DNA of 60,564 nucleotides from a virus (Duplodnaviria; Caudoviricetes): IMG/VR virus record IMGVR_UViG_3300035670_000224, positions 1 to 60,564 of that record; one strand, 5' to 3'. Shown piece by piece: positions 56,768 to 60,564 of this stretch (position 1 is its first letter; each line of letters starts with the position of its first letter). The notes under the pieces were generated by a model. It saw only the letters and a program-made list of their open reading frames with translations, ran no database searches and was not told where the DNA came from. The position numbers and the translations under genes were made by a program.

Positions 56768-56998
56768 TCACCATTGTACCCACTGCCCTTCTAAACTCAT
56801 ATCCTGTGCATCCATTGCCATGTCTCTGGTAACTTGCACCATTTCTGGCTGACCCTCATAACCGCAACAATCCCCGTTGGTTTGCTCTGCTTTATCGTAA
56901 TCTACACCATCCGTAGGTATGAGAAGCACCGTACCAAATTCGTCAGTAGGTGTTCCGCAGTACCCACAGCGATAACATTTAATAGCCTCAGTCATCAT
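56768..56998 (-). CDS. small Cys-rich hypothetical protein
   Basis: CYRCGYCG...VTRDMAMDAQDMSLEG; start chosen at the internal ATG. Confidence 0.55.
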   Translation of the reverse strand: MMTEAIKCYRCGYCGTPTDEFGTVLLIPTDGVDYDKAEQTNGDCCGYEGQPEMVQVTRDMAMDAQDMSLEGQWVQW

Positions 56999-57050
56999 CT
57001 TAATATGTTTGAGTGTTGTAGACGTTAATTGAATTATAGTACATCTTTTA

Positions 57051-57335
57051 CTACTTCGCAATCTTTTTTAATTCGTCGGCAAGCCGTTCATGGAATGTAC
57101 CCTCTCCATCGTCACAACTAACAAGTCGGTCAATCCGTTGCACATAAACAAACGCTTGTTGTAAAAAAGCTACAGCTTTCTTAAACTCTGCAATCGTCTC
57201 TGGGCTGTATCCTCTTCCGTCTTTACGTCCCCACTCATCCAGTGCAGTACTGTTGTTGTTATCAATAAGCTCCTGAATTTGACTCTCAACGTCTGAAATT
57301 CTATATTGTTTATAGTCAAAGTGTCCGCCACTCAT
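57051..57335 (-). CDS. hypothetical phage protein
   Basis: MSGGHFDY...SCDDGE; GGAGG RBS. Confidence 0.7.
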   Translation of the reverse strand: MSGGHFDYKQYRISDVESQIQELIDNNNSTALDEWGRKDGRGYSPETIAEFKKAVAFLQQAFVYVQRIDRLVSCDDGEGTFHERLADELKKIAK

Positions 57336-57610
57336 TCCTGCCCTCCTGTCACTTTAGGTGGAGTCATATTTAGCCACGCAGTGTCAAAACTTTTCATTGC
57401 ATCGTTTGGGGTTCTGCCAAAGCCAGAAACGCCAACTTGCAGGTTATCGCCGTACATGGCGCACCAAGCGTCACCATCCAATGACAACTTAGGCTTCCAA
57501 ATTACGCTTGGTCTTGCCGATTCAAGACTCGCTCTCAGCGTCGCTTTGTAAAGAGTTTTTAACTCCCAAGAGTCAGCTGACTCGTTGAGAATCTGAATTA
57601 AACTTTTCAT
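57332..57610 (-). CDS. hypothetical phage protein
   Basis: DGDAWCAMYGDNLQVGVSGFG; ATGA overlaps with neighbours. Confidence 0.7.
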   Translation of the reverse strand: MKSLIQILNESADSWELKTLYKATLRASLESARPSVIWKPKLSLDGDAWCAMYGDNLQVGVSGFGRTPNDAMKSFDTAWLNMTPPKVTGGQE

Positions 57611-57825
57611 TTTATTTCCTCCGATTCTCTGATATATCTATCAACTTCAGAACGAACAATAAAATCATCTACACCAAAAAACAAAGTACGCTTAGACCTC
57701 AGTGTAACAAGTTTTTCTAGGCTCTCCTTTGTTGGTCTGGCATAATTCTCTTCGTTGAAGGCTGCTGATATACAGCAATTGTTAATTGCCGCATAGAGTT
57801 CGTCATTTGTTGGTTCTTTAATCAT
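57607..57825 (-). CDS. hypothetical phage protein
   Basis: 72 aa, coupled overlaps. Confidence 0.65.
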   Translation of the reverse strand: MIKEPTNDELYAAINNCCISAAFNEENYARPTKESLEKLVTLRSKRTLFFGVDDFIVRSEVDRYIRESEEIK

Positions 57826-58055
57826 GCTTGCCCTCCTATTGCTTTATCAATGACCTGCTTTGCCTTTGCAAGCGCGTCTTGTATCGTCAGAGGTGCGGAG
57901 TCAGACCATCCGCGACACTCTCCAAACTTCGTCCATGCGATAGCTTGGCAAACATCTTTCAAAGCCTCTAATAGCTCTTGGTTTATGTCCTTCAGTTCAG
58001 TAATCTCTGATGACATTTCAAGAACCATGTTGACGAGTGATAATTCTGTGTTCAT
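57822..58055 (-). CDS. hypothetical phage protein
   Basis: ELLEALK...AKQVIDKAIG pattern. Confidence 0.65.
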   Translation of the reverse strand: MNTELSLVNMVLEMSSEITELKDINQELLEALKDVCQAIAWTKFGECRGWSDSAPLTIQDALAKAKQVIDKAIGGQA

Positions 58056-58606
58056 ACTACCTCCTTTTGGACTAAAGTCCTAGCAATGTGCCAACCTGTT
58101 TTAGTCGCTTCACTGACTTTAAAACCTAAATCTGACTCATATTCAGAAATAGTAGCCCACATATATTCAACAGTTTTCGTAGGGTCTGTCTCCTCTACGT
58201 CATCACAAATTTCGTTCAAAGTCTTTAACGCATCAAGCACTTCTTCTTTGGTAGGATTGATTTCAGGATTGCCCCCTGCTGCATTCCAAATCTCTTGTAG
58301 TGTCAATGTTTCAGCCTCTTGCACAGGTGCTGGGTGTGCCATTAAACGCTCAATCTCATCGCCACGTAAATACCACTCGCGTTCAAAGTGCTCTGCTTGA
58401 GTATTTGCTTTTTTAAGACAATCTGTCAGTCGCGCAATCTCACACTTGTAATCACGCTCTGTCTCTGCTCGGGCTTGCTTGATAGTTTCAGTAATTTTTG
58501 GTAAATTAAACTCGCACTCTGGCGTCATCAATACGACTCCACCACCGTGTGTTTGAAGTGCCTCCAAAGTTTTCAACGCTAAGTCTAATGCTTGATTTTT
58601 ATCCAT
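58052..58606 (-). CDS. hypothetical phage protein
   Basis: 184 aa, AGGAG RBS. Confidence 0.7.
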   Translation of the reverse strand: MDKNQALDLALKTLEALQTHGGGVVLMTPECEFNLPKITETIKQARAETERDYKCEIARLTDCLKKANTQAEHFEREWYLRGDEIERLMAHPAPVQEAETLTLQEIWNAAGGNPEINPTKEEVLDALKTLNEICDDVEETDPTKTVEYMWATISEYESDLGFKVSEATKTGWHIARTLVQKEVV

Positions 58607-58663
58607 TGTTTTCTCCTTTATTTTCAGTATTTATGTTTTCTACTACTTTCATTGTACCTTACT

Positions 58664-58957
58664 TTATTGCGTATCAGAAACAGAGCAAGCATTTACATTG
58701 TCTCTGTGAATCTTAAACAACTTTTGACGTTCTTCAAAACTAAGGTTCTTAGGGCGCTTCAGCGCTTGTTCTTTACTCGCCTTCTGGAACTTCCTAAAGG
58801 CTATATTGTATAGTGCATTGTAGTATTGAAACTTAGCGTCCTGAAGGATATGGTCTGGTGTGATTGAACCAAGTACGTAGCCAAGTTCTTCCTTACGCCT
58901 TAGAACCTCGCCTGAGTAGTGCAGGCAGTTCTTTTCTAACTGAGCTAAAGTCTCCAT
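58664..58957 (-). CDS. hypothetical phage protein
   Basis: 97 aa, AGGAG RBS, downstream of a strong promoter. Confidence 0.7.
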   Translation of the reverse strand: METLAQLEKNCLHYSGEVLRRKEELGYVLGSITPDHILQDAKFQYYNALYNIAFRKFQKASKEQALKRPKNLSFEERQKLFKIHRDNVNACSVSDTQ

Positions 58958-58989
58958 GTTCTTACTCCTTACTTTTAACTATTTCTTTA

Positions 58990-59018
58990 ATTATAAGTCG
59001 CTTCACTTGCCTTGTCAA
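58990..59018 (-). promoter_or_regulatory. consensus sigma70 promoter for the leftward gene block
   Basis: TTGACA-17-TATAAT on the minus strand. Confidence 0.75.
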
Positions 59019-59204
59019 GCTCTTATCCTAGTGCAGTAGTCTATCCTGCTTTTACTGTCTCGTCAAGATGTGTTGATTGTACAGGACATTTATAGTGTTT
59101 GAGCATTGTCGCGTAAATACAACAAAAATAAAATATGTTATATTTATTTGCAAGAGTCTTAAATTTGTGTACAATACGCACATCTTGACAAAACGGAGGT
59201 AAGT

Positions 59205-59747
59205 ATGACAGACTCGAAAACACCTGAGCACAGTTTAACTCTAGGTATGCAAAATGAATACATGGGACTAAGTACAGACTCGAACGGTTGGAAGCATTTT
59301 TTATGGCGGTGTACCATACGAGGCAAGACGTACAACTACCGCACTGGGCTGGGGCACGCGGAGCAAATCAAGGTGCGAGACACACGCTTTGGTAGTGGCA
59401 TACGCAACCAAGAAATAAACGCTATGTACTATGTTTATAAACAGGCGGTGTCCAAGGGGTTCACCCAAGCCCAAGCCCGTGAGCTACAGTACGCCGAGGG
59501 TAACTTTCCAAAGAAACTATACATACCTACACCACCAGACGAAAAAGATGTAATGTACGCGCTACTGTCAGACGCTGAAGCCCTAACGCAGAGTTTTGAA
59601 GACTGGGCGGACGGTTGTGGCTACGACACTGACAGCCGAAAAGCTGAGGCTACATACAACACCTGCCGAGATAATGGGTATAAGCTGTACGCCACCTTCA
59701 CTACAGCAGAGCTTGAGCAGTGGCGCAAAGACTTGGAGGATTATTAG
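59205..59747 (+). CDS. hypothetical phage protein
   Basis: 180 aa, GGAGGT RBS; SFEDWADGCGYDTDSRKAEATY. Confidence 0.75.
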   Translation: MTDSKTPEHSLTLGMQNEYMGLSTDSNGWKHFLWRCTIRGKTYNYRTGLGHAEQIKVRDTRFGSGIRNQEINAMYYVYKQAVSKGFTQAQARELQYAEGNFPKKLYIPTPPDEKDVMYALLSDAEALTQSFEDWADGCGYDTDSRKAEATYNTCRDNGYKLYATFTTAELEQWRKDLEDY

Positions 59748-59813
59748 CACAAAAGCGTAGAATCAGTGTAAAATATCAAGGTCAGAGAATTGAAAGCGAA
59801 AAAAGGGGTGAAA

Positions 59814-60020
59814 ATGAAAGAGATTGAATTAAAAGTAAATGTAGCCAATGAGGTCAGAACGGCTAAAGCTAGTTATGAGCATATTAGCAAAGGAGGGGCG
59901 ATATATCAGGCGAATAGCGCAGAGGATGCCCTTCTTATATGCTATCATTACCGTAAGTGTGCAGCAGCGGATATTTCGATGTCTGTAGATGGGGAGTGGT
60001 TCGTTCTTATTGTAAGGTAA
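59814..60020 (+). CDS. hypothetical protein
   Basis: ATG at 59814 with AGGGGT RBS. Confidence 0.55.
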   Translation: MKEIELKVNVANEVRTAKASYEHISKGGAIYQANSAEDALLICYHYRKCAAADISMSVDGEWFVLIVR

Positions 60021-60049
60021 GTGAAATAATTAAGATAAAGGAGTAAAAT

Positions 60050-60550
60050 ATGTTAACAAATAAACAAAGAAATAAAGTTAAAGCCAAAGCACTAGAGTTT
60101 GGGTTTCCAGAAGAGATAGCACAGAAGATTAGTACAAATGCTGAGGTACTTTCTATAGACAATGCGTATGACCTATTATTTGATACGTTTCAGTGGAGTG
60201 AAAGTCCAGAAGGTACTCGCTACTGGTTTAATGTTTACAAGACTCTCAATATCGACTTCCAGAGTTACCGTGAACCATGTACTCCAAGATTCTCATGGGA
60301 AAGTAAAGAGATTACACAGTCTGAAAAGCAACAACTTCTGAGCATCCTTCGTGAAAGCCTAGAGAACGCTGTTTTTGGCAGGGATTTGTGCAAACGTAAA
60401 GCTGGGTATGCTTGGACTTTAGCAGAAAAGGGTACCCCACAAGGTGAGTTCAATTTCCAGCTTTTTAGTGAAATAAACAAGGAGGCTAAAAAGTACAAAA
60501 AAGAAGTCAGTAAGATTTCAAATTTAATCAAGAAGGTAAAGGCAATCTAA
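60050..60550 (+). CDS. hypothetical phage protein
   Basis: 166 aa, AGGAG RBS; FQWSESPEGTRYW. Confidence 0.7.
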   Translation: MLTNKQRNKVKAKALEFGFPEEIAQKISTNAEVLSIDNAYDLLFDTFQWSESPEGTRYWFNVYKTLNIDFQSYREPCTPRFSWESKEITQSEKQQLLSILRESLENAVFGRDLCKRKAGYAWTLAEKGTPQGEFNFQLFSEINKEAKKYKKEVSKISNLIKKVKAI

Positions 60551-60564
60551 TTGAAACTTAAATA

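Noticed and set aside
1-60564. CRISPR array, integrase/lysogeny module, reverse transcriptase or DGR, terminal repeats
   Set aside because: No regularly spaced repeats, recombinase or RT motifs, or matching window ends were seen; the window appears to be a partial genome.

Overview
A 60.5 kb partial genome of an AT-rich, apparently lytic dsDNA tailed phage with a siphovirus-type non-contractile tail; no integrase or repressor is seen. Left end: small genes, a promoter-to-terminator ~780-nt ORF-poor unit, and a tRNA/tRNA-like cluster (Glu, Gln, two aberrant tRNA-like RNAs). Plus strand 5.1-37.3 kb: terS, a 7x zinc-ribbon GIY-YIG-like endonuclease, a split terL, portal, an inserted head-spike/fibre module, head and tail genes, tape measure and lysis cassette. 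Minus strand 37.4-59 kb: thioredoxin-like gene, nrdB, nrdA with two inteins, thyX, nucleotide hydrolases, nucleases, SSB, family A DNA polymerase, primase-helicase, RNA ligase and small genes. The main result is terL, which is interrupted four times. Two interruptions are ORF-less group I introns (7702-7991, 8278-8576). The other two are tiny inserts of 4 nt (AAAG, in Walker A) and 10 nt (TAACAGAAAG, at Walker B). Both tiny inserts follow GGCT and end in AAAG, obeying the group I U|...G| rule. Removing all four gives a continuous 488-aa terminase with canonical motifs. This suggests core-less micro-introns removed by a neighbouring ribozyme, which is an inference that needs RT-PCR. All product calls are from motif recognition; no database search was run.
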